From the NCBI GenBank assembly GCA_041663005.1, contig JBAZRK010000001.1, positions 222,734-286,733 on the forward strand: a stretch of DNA of 64,000 nt, in the 5' to 3' direction. Positions 48,654 through 58,921 of the stretch are shown here, piece after piece (the first letter of the stretch is position 1; the number at the start of each line of letters is the position of its first letter). Made by a program: the position numbers and the translations under genes. Under the pieces are notes generated by a model, which worked only from the letters and a program-made list of their open reading frames with translations, was not told the origin of the DNA and did not search any database. Source of the stretch: Minisyncoccota bacterium. Its GTDB lineage: Bacteria; Patescibacteriota; Minisyncoccia; Phycocordibacterales; UBA9973.

Positions 48654-50378
48654 TTAGTAAACCTCTTGTTGGTAACAACGTTCACAATACACAATTTCCG
48701 GCCGCTCAGGCGCATAAGAAGTCTCAAATTCGACTTCACACTTCCCTTCGTGGTTAGGATGTTTTTTATCGCACATACATTCTCTGCGCCAAAGTCGGGG
48801 CGGATTGACCAACTTAAATCTCTCCTGGTGCCTGCATTCGAAACAGCTTCGGGGTACAGGTAAATTAAATTTTTTCAGGAATAAAAATTCGTTCTGGATA
48901 ATTTTATAGGGCCTTTTGCAAGTTTCACACTCAATGACATAATTGACTATATCATCACTTGTGTCGTGTATGTCCGGCGGTAAATCTTTCGTGGTGTGAG
49001 TTATGCGCTGCTCTGGTTGTTCACGTTCAATATAGTTGTACCCATTGCTTAAAATATCCGCTTTGGTCTGCGGAAAATAATCTTGCGCGATGGTCTCATT
49101 GTAGCCAAAAGGAGAAATATCAATAGGAAAATATTCGCCATATTTATAAATTCTTCCTTTTTTGTCTATATAGGGCATATCCTGCATATGCTTTATTATT
49201 TCTTCCCTGAGTTTTTCAAAATCGTCCTTGGAATATTCTTTGTTAAAAATGCAATAATTTTTATTGCGTAATCCGACACAGCCAAAAATATTATTGCACC
49301 CGTGGCAATTCAGGGAGTATTCCGCGTTCAGACATTCCCATATCGTCAATCCGAAAAGTTGCCGTGAGCCGTTTATGCCAGAATCCATTGCCTCGTATAG
49401 TAATTCTGTGCTGACCCCAACTCCATAGCCGTCGTAACTTGTATAAAGCCCGTGGACCGCATTGGTAGTAAATTTGCAGTCCTTTAGGTCTTCTGAGTCG
49501 AAACAATGATAAGAGTTTTTTGAATGAAGAATATTATCTCCTGAAACATTTGAAGAATTAAGAATGTTGGCAAACTTTCTCAAGCTTTTTAATCGGAGAC
49601 TTTCGAATTTTTTCTTGGCTTCTTTGAAACTCTCAAAATTCCCTATATTTAATTCGCTTAATTTTTTGAAATACTCGTCTTTTGTCAACTGCTCATTCCA
49701 CATGCAGTAAGATTTATTCCTGAGGTTGGTACAACCAAAACAATTTATGCAGTTTTTACAATCATATAAAAAGTAAGAACTGGTGCATGCTTCGGCGTTT
49801 TGTGAAAAGAAAGTTTCGTAACATTTCAAACTAGAAACATCTCCATAGGAAAACTGGCAATCTCTAGTAATAAACATGTCCATGGAGTCTTTGCAATTAT
49901 TGCACCGCGAGCCGTAAGTAACATTTTCGCCGTCCCAAGACGCGGAGACTAGATAAGCGTTCCTGAATTCACCTATATAATTACCGTATGAAGTATTGAC
50001 GCATTTCCCGATAAAAAGATTTGGATGCGGTACTTGCTCCATCAGGTCCCGAAATTGACCAAAAAATGGCTTAGAAAAGTCATACTCCCTTCCATATTCC
50101 GTAGGGTCCCACTGATCGCCCCACCAAATATCTCGTTCGTACACAATAAACGGAGAGTCGGCTGAAAAGCAACTTATGAGATTTTTCCCTGTCTTTCCGC
50201 ATTTATTGCGATGTAGCGTTCTTTCATTTCGCCAAGCCATCCTTCTTTGCATTCTACACTCCGGGCAAAATGTCGGCGGTGGGACCTTTATTTTTTCGTA
50301 AAAATTGAAATCCTCCGACTCGATTGTAAATTTACCGTTACAATTCTGACATATTACATTTTGTGATTTATACTCCAT
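48654..50378 (-). CDS. Cys-rich multi-zinc-ribbon protein, paralogue 1
   Basis: CQNC...PPPTFCPECR, C..C..CFGC..LRNK.YC twice, EYFP..SPFGYNET, VYCERCY. Confidence 0.9.
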   Translation of the reverse strand: MEYKSQNVICQNCNGKFTIESEDFNFYEKIKVPPPTFCPECRMQRRMAWRNERTLHRNKCGKTGKNLISCFSADSPFIVYERDIWWGDQWDPTEYGREYDFSKPFFGQFRDLMEQVPHPNLFIGKCVNTSYGNYIGEFRNAYLVSASWDGENVTYGSRCNNCKDSMDMFITRDCQFSYGDVSSLKCYETFFSQNAEACTSSYFLYDCKNCINCFGCTNLRNKSYCMWNEQLTKDEYFKKLSELNIGNFESFKEAKKKFESLRLKSLRKFANILNSSNVSGDNILHSKNSYHCFDSEDLKDCKFTTNAVHGLYTSYDGYGVGVSTELLYEAMDSGINGSRQLFGLTIWECLNAEYSLNCHGCNNIFGCVGLRNKNYCIFNKEYSKDDFEKLREEIIKHMQDMPYIDKKGRIYKYGEYFPIDISPFGYNETIAQDYFPQTKADILSNGYNYIEREQPEQRITHTTKDLPPDIHDTSDDIVNYVIECETCKRPYKIIQNEFLFLKKFNLPVPRSCFECRHQERFKLVNPPRLWRRECMCDKKHPNHEGKCEVEFETSYAPERPEIVYCERCYQQEVY

Positions 50379-50385
50379 ATACTTT

Positions 50386-50658
50386 TTATTCTATAATTCT
50401 AACGAATTGTAGAATACTTTTCCCGCGCTTACTAAGCGTGTGCCGTACTATACTCCCTTCACTTCTCTTTTTTACTAGACCAGCGATGTACATTTTGTTT
50501 ATATGCGCAGAAATATTTTTAAAGTCCGAGTTTACGTCACTAGAAATTTCCTGAACTGATAAATTGGGTTTCTTGCCCAGTAGCTCAAGTATTTTCAACC
50601 TGTTGTGGTTCGCCACTCCCTTTAAAATCCTTTCTAGCTCTCGTTTTGACTTTTTCAT
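50386..50658 (-). CDS. ArsR-like winged-helix protein
   Basis: KGVAN..RLKIL.LL, LSV.EIS, IS.H..K...AGLV. Confidence 0.88.
   Translation of the reverse strand: MKKSKRELERILKGVANHNRLKILELLGKKPNLSVQEISSDVNSDFKNISAHINKMYIAGLVKKRSEGSIVRHTLSKRGKSILQFVRIIE
50388..50415. repeat. 28-bp palindrome, copy A (inside the 3' end of the ArsR-like gene)
   Basis: ATTCTATAATTCTAACGAATTGTAGAAT. Confidence 0.85.
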
Positions 50659-50667
50659 AATTTATCT

Positions 50668-50695
50668 ATTCTATAATTCTATAGAATTGTAGAAT
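50668..50695. repeat. 28-bp palindrome, copy B (upstream of the ArsR-like gene)
   Basis: ATTCTATAATTCTATAGAATTGTAGAAT; 26/28 identical to copy A. Confidence 0.85.
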
Positions 50696-50704
50696 GCTCG
50701 TAAA

Positions 50705-52393
50705 TTAGTACACCTCTGCCTGATAACATTTCTCACAATATACTATCTCCGGACGTTCTGGAGCATAACCAGTTTTAATGGCTTTACTGCATTTAATGCA
50801 AGTACGGTCATACAAAAGCGGCGGGTTACGTAGGCTTAAACGTTCAGCGTGTCTACAGTTGGGACATAGACGAGGAAATGGTAAGCCCATACGTTTCAGA
50901 AAATCAAGCTCTGTTTTGATGGCCCGAAATGCACCAGTGCATTCGTGCTTACATGAATCTTTGTGTTCGCATCCAAAAACTTCATTTAGAATTTCTTGGT
51001 CAATGTCTTTTATGTCATCAGGTAAATCACCCGTTTTTAGGGTGATATCGTATTTCGGTTTCTCTATTCCATAATAAACAAAACCCTGTTTCTCCATCTC
51101 GTCTTTAGATAACGGGAAAAATTCCTGCGCGGCACTCACTTCGTATGGATGGGGCGCCAGGGCACTAGGGAAAAATTCACCGTATTCCCCTGTCATTTTC
51201 ATATGCTCAATTATTTTTGGTACCAAGGCCTCGTATTCTTCTTTGGTGTACTGTTTATTTAAAATACAATATTTTTTACCACGTAGTGAAATGCAACCAA
51301 AAAGGTATGCGGAACTTATACAAAATACGCAATAACTTGATTCTCGGAGCTCGGGGAAACAATGCGTGGAAAACTTTACATTGTATGCCCCAGTACCAAC
51401 AATGAGCGACTCATATATCAGCTCGGCATTGTTCCCAAAGTTGGAGTAGTCGTAACAATCTCTTACGGGACCATTTGTAACATTTTGGACCCACTTAGAA
51501 TCCTCCACCCCAACAACTCTATAGCAATCATGTGTATTTTTAGACTCATAAATATAGTCACCTGAAACATTTACGTTTTGTCGACTATGTATGAATTTTT
51601 GGGGATAGTTAAGCCAGTGTGCATATGCTTCGTGTTTTATTGTTTCAAAATTTTTATAAGAACCTAAATGTAATTCTTTTATTTTCTTTAAATATTCTTC
51701 GCGTTCATAAGGCTGGTTGAAAATATAATAAGATTTATTGCGCAAACCCACAGATCCAAAGCACGAATTGCAACCTACGCAATCTTTACAAAAAGTAAGC
51801 TCCTGAGAGCTTTCGCAGTCTACTGAGAAAAGAGTCTGGTAGCAAGTTATACAATTAACGTTGCCGTAAGAAAGCTCGCAGGAATTGGTCATATGACTTT
51901 CAAGTGACCCGCGAGAGCCGTGGTCCCAAATAAGATATGCGGAATCTTCTGTATTGGTAGCACCGCGCACGTAATAGCAGTTTTTGATATTGGTAGCGTT
52001 TGTGCAATAAGAGCAATGTACAGCTCTCTCCATAGATGTCGAAGGCCAGGGAACTTCATGCAAGAGTTCTTTAAATTGTTCAAAAAACGGGCGAGAGAAA
52101 TCAAACTCTCTACCGTATATCATTGGATCCCAACCATCCGAAAACCAGAAATCTCTATCGTAAATTTTTATTGGCGATTCTTCAGGAAGAAAAGAGAATA
52201 TTTTTTCTCCTGTACGAGCATCAGTCTTTTTAAAAACGTGCCAATCATTTCTCCATGTCATTCTACGTTGAAATCTGCACCGCGGACAAAATGTCGGCGG
52301 CGGAACTTGCATTTTTTCATAAAAATTAAAATCTTCGTTGGTTATTACGAAGTCTTTTTTGCAATTCTGGCAGGTTCTTGTTTCGGCTTTCAT
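50705..52393 (-). CDS. Cys-rich multi-zinc-ribbon protein, paralogue 2
   Basis: Same architecture; C-terminal CIKC-x17-CEKC. Confidence 0.9.
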   Translation of the reverse strand: MKAETRTCQNCKKDFVITNEDFNFYEKMQVPPPTFCPRCRFQRRMTWRNDWHVFKKTDARTGEKIFSFLPEESPIKIYDRDFWFSDGWDPMIYGREFDFSRPFFEQFKELLHEVPWPSTSMERAVHCSYCTNATNIKNCYYVRGATNTEDSAYLIWDHGSRGSLESHMTNSCELSYGNVNCITCYQTLFSVDCESSQELTFCKDCVGCNSCFGSVGLRNKSYYIFNQPYEREEYLKKIKELHLGSYKNFETIKHEAYAHWLNYPQKFIHSRQNVNVSGDYIYESKNTHDCYRVVGVEDSKWVQNVTNGPVRDCYDYSNFGNNAELIYESLIVGTGAYNVKFSTHCFPELRESSYCVFCISSAYLFGCISLRGKKYCILNKQYTKEEYEALVPKIIEHMKMTGEYGEFFPSALAPHPYEVSAAQEFFPLSKDEMEKQGFVYYGIEKPKYDITLKTGDLPDDIKDIDQEILNEVFGCEHKDSCKHECTGAFRAIKTELDFLKRMGLPFPRLCPNCRHAERLSLRNPPLLYDRTCIKCSKAIKTGYAPERPEIVYCEKCYQAEVY

Positions 52394-52420
52394 TCCAATA
52401 TTCTTGAAAATGTGAGAATG

Positions 52421-54550
52421 TTATTCTAAGATTTTTCGGAGCACGTCTTCAGGAACTTCGGGCGCAGGCTTCGGCACAGGAGGAACTGGCACCTGGGAGC
52501 TCGCGCTAGGGACAGGAGCTTGCGGAGGCGCCACAGGAGGTGCTGGAGGTTTCGGTGGTGCCGGCGGCGGAACAATAGTTTTCTGAGATATAAGATTTTT
52601 AAGTTTATTCATTTCGTCAGGAGTTGCAGCGCGATCTTTGGAAGACCTCGGGTCCTGATTTACATCTCGCATTTTATTTTTCAAAACATCGAGGGAAATA
52701 GGAGCGGGCGTGGGTTTGGGTGCAGGCTGTGGTGTAGGAGAAACAGGCTTGGCCTGAGAGGCATCTTTGGTCATAACCTTAGAGAGCACGTCTTTGAGCG
52801 CTTGGTTGTCTCCGCTTCGCGGCTGTGGCCTTGGAGCCTGCGGTACATTGTTTCTTTCCTGCTTGATAGGCGGTTTTGGCGTAAAAACTTTCTTGACGTC
52901 ACTGACGACTCCGGGTTTGGCAACTGGGGCGTATGGCTTGTCTACACGTTCGGGGTGCCTGTCGTGAGTTTCTATTTTGCTTTCATCTGGCTTAAACTCT
53001 ATGCCTATGTCCGCCAGAGGTTGGAAAAATTCTGACTCATCGTGAATCGGTTCATCCTTTTGACCTTTCTCCACCTTAACCTCCCCAGACTTAATTTTTG
53101 CGATGCATTCCTTACAGTAAGCAGGGCGGCCAGGTTCTGGTTTAAATGGTACAGTGCGTTCTTGTTTACATAGTGAGCAGATTATTGGGAATTTTTCTCC
53201 GGTTGGTGACGGAGCGCTGTTTGGGACACTGTCGCCCAAGGACATCCCGCTCCAGTCGTTGATCTCACGCTCCACGATTTCCCTTGAACGACAGTAAAGT
53301 TCCCTAGAGGATTTGATAACTTCCTCTTCAATGTTTTTGTCCCCTCCCTTTACCATTGGCGGTAAGGTTTTCGCGGAAAAAGGTCGTGAGGTTATGCCGT
53401 CTATCATAAGCTTCATATAGACCTTGTAGTTCGGCAGGTTCACAATGTCCTGGGGAGTAAACTCAGGCTCGAATTCTTTTTCCAAAAATTCTGCATCGTC
53501 GGCACCAACCCTGAAAACAATCATAGTCCCTACGTTGCCGAACACCGCATCGCGGACAGCGGTACTCTTGTCGGAGATAAGCTGCGCGGTGTACTGGTGC
53601 GCCACCGTGAGGTTCAATCGGTATTTGCGGGCTTCGGAGAGAATCCCCGCGAAAGCGTCCGTCACGAAGTTTTGAAATTCGTCGACATATAGATAGAAGT
53701 CTCGTCGGCTTTCTTCCGGTATACGCACACGCTCCATCGCCGCAAGCTGAATCTTGGTAATTATCATACCTCCGAGCAGAGCGGAGTTGTCTTCCCCGAT
53801 TCTTCCTTTGGAAACGTTGACGAGGAAAATTTTCCCCTCGTTCATCATATCGAAAATATTTATTGTACTTTTCGATTGCCCCACGACGTTTCGAATTATC
53901 GAAGTTGAGAGAAACTGCCCGACTTTGTTCTGAATTGGGGCAATGGCTTCATTTCTGAATTTGTCTTGCCAAGCTTCGTATTCGTGAACCCAGAAAGCTT
54001 TAATCACCGGGTCTTTCAAATTTGAAATTATTTTCTGTCGATAGTCCTTGTCGACGAGCATTCTTGGAATTCCCAAAAGTGTCGTCCCCGGGGTGTCGAG
54101 CAAGGCGAGAATTGTATTGTTTAAAATGTATTCCATTCGGGCGCTCCAAGCATTGGCCCAAATTTTCGTAAAGATTCCCATAAGCCCGGACGCCACGAGG
54201 TGCTTGTACTGCGGGTCTACTAATTCCAAAACATTGAACCCTATGTGGTAGTCGGCATCAGCCGGATTGAAATAGATTACATCCTTCAAGCGATGGCGCG
54301 GGATAGCTCCGAGCACTGTCTCCACGTTTTCTCCGTGAGGGTCGACAAGGCAGACGCCTTCTCCGTTCTGGATGTTCTGGATAATCATATTGAACAATAG
54401 TACCGATTTACCGGTACCTGACTTCCCGAGAAGGTAAACGTGCTGACGCCTATCTTTGCGCTTAATACCAAAAAGCTGGTTTCTATCTCGGTAAGTGGTT
54501 AGCCCGATGTAGGTAACGTCTTTGTTTATAGGTATTTCCGCAATCTCCAT
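52421..54550 (-). CDS. VirD4/TraD-HerA-like ATPase with CxxC-x17-CxxC domain and Pro-rich tail
   Basis: GKSGTGKS, LYVDEFQN, SEARKY, CSLC-x17-CKEC; start moved to ATG 54550, downstream of the dnaK terminator. Confidence 0.9.
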   Translation of the reverse strand: MEIAEIPINKDVTYIGLTTYRDRNQLFGIKRKDRRQHVYLLGKSGTGKSVLLFNMIIQNIQNGEGVCLVDPHGENVETVLGAIPRHRLKDVIYFNPADADYHIGFNVLELVDPQYKHLVASGLMGIFTKIWANAWSARMEYILNNTILALLDTPGTTLLGIPRMLVDKDYRQKIISNLKDPVIKAFWVHEYEAWQDKFRNEAIAPIQNKVGQFLSTSIIRNVVGQSKSTINIFDMMNEGKIFLVNVSKGRIGEDNSALLGGMIITKIQLAAMERVRIPEESRRDFYLYVDEFQNFVTDAFAGILSEARKYRLNLTVAHQYTAQLISDKSTAVRDAVFGNVGTMIVFRVGADDAEFLEKEFEPEFTPQDIVNLPNYKVYMKLMIDGITSRPFSAKTLPPMVKGGDKNIEEEVIKSSRELYCRSREIVEREINDWSGMSLGDSVPNSAPSPTGEKFPIICSLCKQERTVPFKPEPGRPAYCKECIAKIKSGEVKVEKGQKDEPIHDESEFFQPLADIGIEFKPDESKIETHDRHPERVDKPYAPVAKPGVVSDVKKVFTPKPPIKQERNNVPQAPRPQPRSGDNQALKDVLSKVMTKDASQAKPVSPTPQPAPKPTPAPISLDVLKNKMRDVNQDPRSSKDRAATPDEMNKLKNLISQKTIVPPPAPPKPPAPPVAPPQAPVPSASSQVPVPPVPKPAPEVPEDVLRKILE

Positions 54551-54581
54551 TCCATTAATAATACCAGAAATACCACAAACT

Positions 54582-54605
54582 AAAAAGCCCCTTGCGGGGC
54601 TTTTT
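54582..54605 (-). terminator. Intrinsic terminator of dnaK
   Basis: AAAAAGCCCC-GCAA-GGGGCTTTTT on minus strand. Confidence 0.9.
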
Positions 54606-54608
54606 GAA

Positions 54609-56522
54609 TTACTTAGCTTCGTTCTGAGGAGGTTCCTCGCCTTCTTTCTTTTCCTTGAATTCCGCATCTTTGACTTCAGCGGGTTGTTCTTCGGGGGCTC
54701 CGGTTGGCGGAGTTTGAGCGCCAGCCTTGTTCATTGCCTCACCGATTTTGGACATTTCGGCAGACAATTCTTCGGTGGCCTTTTTGATAGCTTCGCCGTC
54801 TGTTCCATCTTTTACCCCACGAAGCGCAGTAATTTTCGCCTCCACTTCAGTTTTCAATTCTGCGGAAATTTTGTCTCCGGCGTCTTTCACCGCTTTTTCT
54901 GCTGTATAGATAATCATCTCGGCGGTGTTTTTCACTTCAGCATTTTCTTTCTTTTTCTTGTCTTCCTCGGCGTGCACTTCAGCGTCCGCTTGCATCTTTT
55001 TGATATCTTCTTCTTTGAGCCCGGAGCTTGCTTCAATTTTTATTGATTGAGTTTTACCTGAAGCCTTATCTTTCGCAGTAACATTCAATATTCCGTTGGC
55101 ATCCACATCGAATGACACCTCAATCTGCGGCATACCTCGAGGAGCTGGCGGAACACCGTCCAGGATAAATCGCCCGAGAGATTTGTTATCGCTTGCCATT
55201 GGGCGCTCTCCCTGCACAATGTGAATTTCTACAGAAGTCTGATTGTCGGCAGCTGTAGAGAAGGTCTGGGATTTACTGGACGGGATGGTGGTGTTTCTTT
55301 CCACTAATTTCGTAGCCACGCCTCCGAGAGTCTCAATTCCCAGAGAAAGCGGAATAACGTCGAGGAGGAGAACATCGCGTACATCTCCTTGCAAAACTCC
55401 GGCTTGCACCGCAGCACCAAGAGCGACGACTTCGTCAGGGTTAATGGTTAGGTTAGGAGCTTTGCCAAATACTTTTTTCACTTCTTCTACAATCTTCGGC
55501 ATCCTGGTCTGACCTCCGACCATCACTATTTCATTCATATCTTCCATCTTGAATCCAGAGGCAGCCATAGCTCGCTTGGTAATTTCGATAGAGCGAGTAA
55601 CGTATTCATCTGCTAGGGATTCTAACTGCGCCCGAGTCATCTTGAGCAATAAGTGCTGAGGACCTTCTGCTGTAGAAGTGATAAATGGAATGTTGATTTC
55701 GGATTCTATTGCAGTAGAGAGCTCAATTTTTGCTTTTTCTGCTGCTTCGTCTAAGCGTTGCAATGCGAGCTTGTCTCCGCGCACGTCCACTCCGGAAGTT
55801 TTCTTAAATTCTTCGGCAATCCAGTTAATTATCTTGTGGTCAATATCTCGTCCGCCCATATGGCTGTCTCCGTCTGTAGACTTAACTTCGATGACATCAT
55901 CTCCGATTTCGAGCACAGACACGTCGAATGTTCCGCCTCCGAAGTCGTAGACCACTATTTTCTCATTTTTCTTTTTATTAAATCCGTAAGCGAGGGCCGC
56001 CGCTGTAGGCTCGTTGATAATTCTTTTTACATCGAGTCCGGCAATTGCACCTGCGTCTTTCGTTGCCTTTCTTTGGGCATCGTTAAAGTATGCGGGAACA
56101 GTGATGACAGCTTCAGTAATTTTCTCGCCGAGTTTTGTTTCGACGTCAGTTTTAATTTTAGAAAGAATCATCGCCGACACTTCTTCCGGTCGCATCCACT
56201 TATCACCGATTTTTACTTCCACTCCGCCGTTGGCAGATTTTTGAATTTTGAAAGATGCATTCTTTAAATCTTTCTGCACTTCAGGATCTTCAAAATTGTG
56301 ACCCATAAAGCGCTTGATGCCGTACACTGTATTTTCCGGATTGGTCACCGCCTGCCTTTTCGCAAGTAAGCCTACAAGCCTGTCTCCATTTTTAGCAACG
56401 GCTACTACCGAAGGAGTCGTGCGGTTCCCTTCTACGTTTTCAATAATTTTCGGCACACCGCCCTCTATGACGGCTACCGCAGAATTTGTCGTACCCAAGT
56501 CTATTCCTATGATTTTTGACAT
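54609..56522 (-). CDS. dnaK: Chaperone DnaK
   Basis: [34 protein letters not shown]. Confidence 0.99.
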   Translation of the reverse strand: MSKIIGIDLGTTNSAVAVIEGGVPKIIENVEGNRTTPSVVAVAKNGDRLVGLLAKRQAVTNPENTVYGIKRFMGHNFEDPEVQKDLKNASFKIQKSANGGVEVKIGDKWMRPEEVSAMILSKIKTDVETKLGEKITEAVITVPAYFNDAQRKATKDAGAIAGLDVKRIINEPTAAALAYGFNKKKNEKIVVYDFGGGTFDVSVLEIGDDVIEVKSTDGDSHMGGRDIDHKIINWIAEEFKKTSGVDVRGDKLALQRLDEAAEKAKIELSTAIESEINIPFITSTAEGPQHLLLKMTRAQLESLADEYVTRSIEITKRAMAASGFKMEDMNEIVMVGGQTRMPKIVEEVKKVFGKAPNLTINPDEVVALGAAVQAGVLQGDVRDVLLLDVIPLSLGIETLGGVATKLVERNTTIPSSKSQTFSTAADNQTSVEIHIVQGERPMASDNKSLGRFILDGVPPAPRGMPQIEVSFDVDANGILNVTAKDKASGKTQSIKIEASSGLKEEDIKKMQADAEVHAEEDKKKKENAEVKNTAEMIIYTAEKAVKDAGDKISAELKTEVEAKITALRGVKDGTDGEAIKKATEELSAEMSKIGEAMNKAGAQTPPTGAPEEQPAEVKDAEFKEKKEGEEPPQNEAK

Positions 56523-56560
56523 AATTTTATTTTGTTAAAACTTATAATTAATTTTTTAAT

Positions 56561-56640
56561 AGTATATACCATCCAAATTAAATTAGCAAGCTCTTCGCGG
56601 TCGCGAAATGGTTGCTAATTCTTAATATATATTATATAAT
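56561..56640. promoter_or_regulatory. Back-to-back divergent promoters around a 40-bp inverted repeat
   Basis: TTGCTA-17-TATAAT (+) and TTGCTA-17-TATACT (-); central TTCGCGGTCGCGAA. Confidence 0.75.
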
Positions 56641-56646
56641 ACAGGT

Positions 56647-57168
56647 ATGTCAAGGAAAAAGGACTACTCGGGCAAAATAATCAAAATTTTAGGCAAAAAA
56701 CCGGCTACTTCTGTCGAAGAAATTTGGACTGGTTTCCCTGACCAGAATCGATATTCTGTAACTAGATCATTAAAGGGCCTTCGTGAGGCAGGTCTCATTG
56801 AGGCTCTTTCCTCCGCTCATTGTGAATATGCACGCCTCACAAAAGAAGGAAAAAAGAAAATGCATAGTCTAATTCTCGAGAGTAATACTGGCCTGGTGAA
56901 CACTTCCTGGGACGGATTTTGGAGGATAATTTTGCTCGACCTTCCAGAAGAAAGAAAAAGCGAGCGCGAAAGTCTGCGCTACCTACTAAAAAAAGCTGGC
57001 TTCGTCTGCCTAAAGAATTCTGCCTGGATCTCCCCTTTCCCATACGAGCATCTCTTCACAAATATTAAAAAAGATTTAGGCCTGACGACAGAAATGATGA
57101 TTATGGTCACCGACAAAATCGACGAAGAATCTAAAAAGGTTTTATTTCAAACCTTCGGGCAAAGTTAA
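56647..57168 (+). CDS. PaaX-like regulator (wHTH plus Cas2-like ferredoxin fold)
   Basis: RLT.EG, WDG.WRI...DLPE, R..LR..L...GF..L.NS.WI.P. Confidence 0.88.
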   Translation: MSRKKDYSGKIIKILGKKPATSVEEIWTGFPDQNRYSVTRSLKGLREAGLIEALSSAHCEYARLTKEGKKKMHSLILESNTGLVNTSWDGFWRIILLDLPEERKSERESLRYLLKKAGFVCLKNSAWISPFPYEHLFTNIKKDLGLTTEMMIMVTDKIDEESKKVLFQTFGQS

Positions 57169-57170
57169 TC

Positions 57171-57188
57171 TCCTTACATATGTAAGGA
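57171..57188. repeat. Perfect 18-bp palindrome
   Basis: TCCTTACATATGTAAGGA, with a further TGTAAGGA half-site just after. Confidence 0.75.
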
Positions 57189-57202
57189 TAGGTGTAAGGA
57201 GA

Positions 57203-58888
57203 TTAATACACCTCTTTGTTGTAGCAACTTTCGCAATAAACTTTCTCCGGTCGCTCTGGAGAGTAGGGTGTTTCAAATTCATTCTGGCAACCTGAATTCA
57301 TACATTGTCTGTGCCAAAGCTTAAGTGGGTTCTTTTTACGTACACGTTCGCCGTGACGACAAAATGGACATAATGTGGGTAGTGGTAAATTAAATTTTTT
57401 ATAGAAGTTGTATTCAAATAGTGTAATCTTAAACGCCCTCGGGCAGTTGTCATCACACTTACCTCCATGTCCACACTCTATTACCTGTTCGAGGATTCCT
57501 AGGTCTGGTAAAATGTCGGGAATTGCAGAATTTTTTAATGTAATATCGTAATTTTTCTCCTCCAAAACTGCCCAATTGAAACCTTCTGCTCCAGCCCTTT
57601 CGGAATCAAGCGGAAAGTAGTCTTGGGCTTGAGTCTCGTTATATCCAAAAGGAGAATATTTCGCGGGGAAAAATTCTCCGTATTCTCCCAATTTCAGCAT
57701 CTGGTCGACTATCTCTTTTCGTAGTTTTAAGTAGTCTTCTTTCGAATATTGCTTATTGAAAATGCAGTAAGACTTATTGCGGAGACCTATGCACCCAAAA
57801 ATATTGTTACAGTCAAAACAATTATACGAATATTCAATATCGAAACCTCCCCATATGAGCGAAGAGAAATTTACTCGCTGGGCCTCAACACTGTGGGTGT
57901 CATAACAAAGCTCTGCGCCATCCCAAGCAATGGTCCCATCATAAATATCCTTACAGTTGCCCCACACCCTAAAGGAGTAGCGCACATTTTCTGAATCTCT
58001 CACATAAAAACCCTGATTTACAAAGCGTGCGTTCAGCACATCATCCCCTATCGCTTTTTCAGCCTTAGTAATCACCGCGTATTTCCTGGGAACTTTTAAC
58101 TTTAACTCTTCGAATTTTTCCTGGGTATTACTTAGTCCTGCGCGAGAATTCAATTTGAGTTCTTCTAATTTTTTAAAATATTCTTCCTTGGAGTATTGTT
58201 CGTTAAAAATACAGTAAGACTGACTGCGCAAACCTACACACCCAATACAATTGTTGCAATTACGACAGTCATATAAGTAATAAGAATCGACACACCCTTC
58301 GCAGTTCTGACTAAAAAATAAATTGTAGGATTTAACGCAATCAATTAGTTCGTAACAATACTCGGCAAAATTAGAACCATATAAATCAACAGAAAACTTG
58401 GTGTCCGTAACCGCACCAAACACATAAGACGAGTCCTCCACGCGCACAAAGCCCGCCGACCAATAAACATTCTTGGCATCGGTGCAATAGTTGGTATATT
58501 CACTATTTACGCCATTACGAGTTACGACATTCGGATGCGGTACCGCTTTTAAAAGTTCGTCGAATTGCTCGAAGAATGGACGTGTAAAATCATATTCACG
58601 ACCGAAAGACATAGGGTCCCACGCATCACTACGGAAATAGGCCTGTTCATAAACTTTATACGGAGCATCAGGTCGAAAAATAGAGAGCATTGGCTTGCCC
58701 GTGGCATCACACACCCGCCTGTGCCAGCTGCGCTCATTGCGCCAAGCCATACGTCTCTTCATCCTGCATTCAAAACAAAACGTCGGCGGTGGAACTTTTA
58801 TTTTTTCATAGAAACTAAAATCTTCACTTTCTATGGTGAAATCTTTTTTACAGTTTTGGCAGATTTTGTTTTCGTTTTTATATTCCAT
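57203..58888 (-). CDS. Cys-rich multi-zinc-ribbon protein, paralogue 3
   Basis: Same architecture as 48654-50378. Confidence 0.9.
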   Translation of the reverse strand: MEYKNENKICQNCKKDFTIESEDFSFYEKIKVPPPTFCFECRMKRRMAWRNERSWHRRVCDATGKPMLSIFRPDAPYKVYEQAYFRSDAWDPMSFGREYDFTRPFFEQFDELLKAVPHPNVVTRNGVNSEYTNYCTDAKNVYWSAGFVRVEDSSYVFGAVTDTKFSVDLYGSNFAEYCYELIDCVKSYNLFFSQNCEGCVDSYYLYDCRNCNNCIGCVGLRSQSYCIFNEQYSKEEYFKKLEELKLNSRAGLSNTQEKFEELKLKVPRKYAVITKAEKAIGDDVLNARFVNQGFYVRDSENVRYSFRVWGNCKDIYDGTIAWDGAELCYDTHSVEAQRVNFSSLIWGGFDIEYSYNCFDCNNIFGCIGLRNKSYCIFNKQYSKEDYLKLRKEIVDQMLKLGEYGEFFPAKYSPFGYNETQAQDYFPLDSERAGAEGFNWAVLEEKNYDITLKNSAIPDILPDLGILEQVIECGHGGKCDDNCPRAFKITLFEYNFYKKFNLPLPTLCPFCRHGERVRKKNPLKLWHRQCMNSGCQNEFETPYSPERPEKVYCESCYNKEVY

Positions 58889-58894
58889 ATTTTA

Positions 58895-58916
58895 GATCTA
58901 CGCTATAGCGTAGATC
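58895..58916. repeat. Perfect 22-bp palindrome
   Basis: GATCTACGCTATAGCGTAGATC fills most of a 33-bp intergenic gap. Confidence 0.85.
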
Positions 58917-58921
58917 GATTT

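Noticed and set aside
46978-54550. Conjugative element or ICE
   Set aside because: No relaxase, integrase, VirB genes or att repeats; the ATPases sit among core chaperone genes.
54551-54667. N-terminal extension of the 748-aa ATPase ORF
   Set aside because: It overlaps the dnaK 3' end and terminator; a promoter-like TGG-TATTAT precedes ATG 54550.
54522-56538. Long + strand ORFs opposite dnaK
   Set aside because: Antisense shadows of a highly conserved gene.
56581-56620. Canonical CIRCE element
   Set aside because: Only the outer 6 bp of each arm match and the spacing is wrong; the arms are explained as -35 boxes.
56647-57168. Cas2-like domain suggesting CRISPR
   Set aside because: It is the PaaX-type wHTH fusion; no cas1 or repeat-spacer array is visible in the window.
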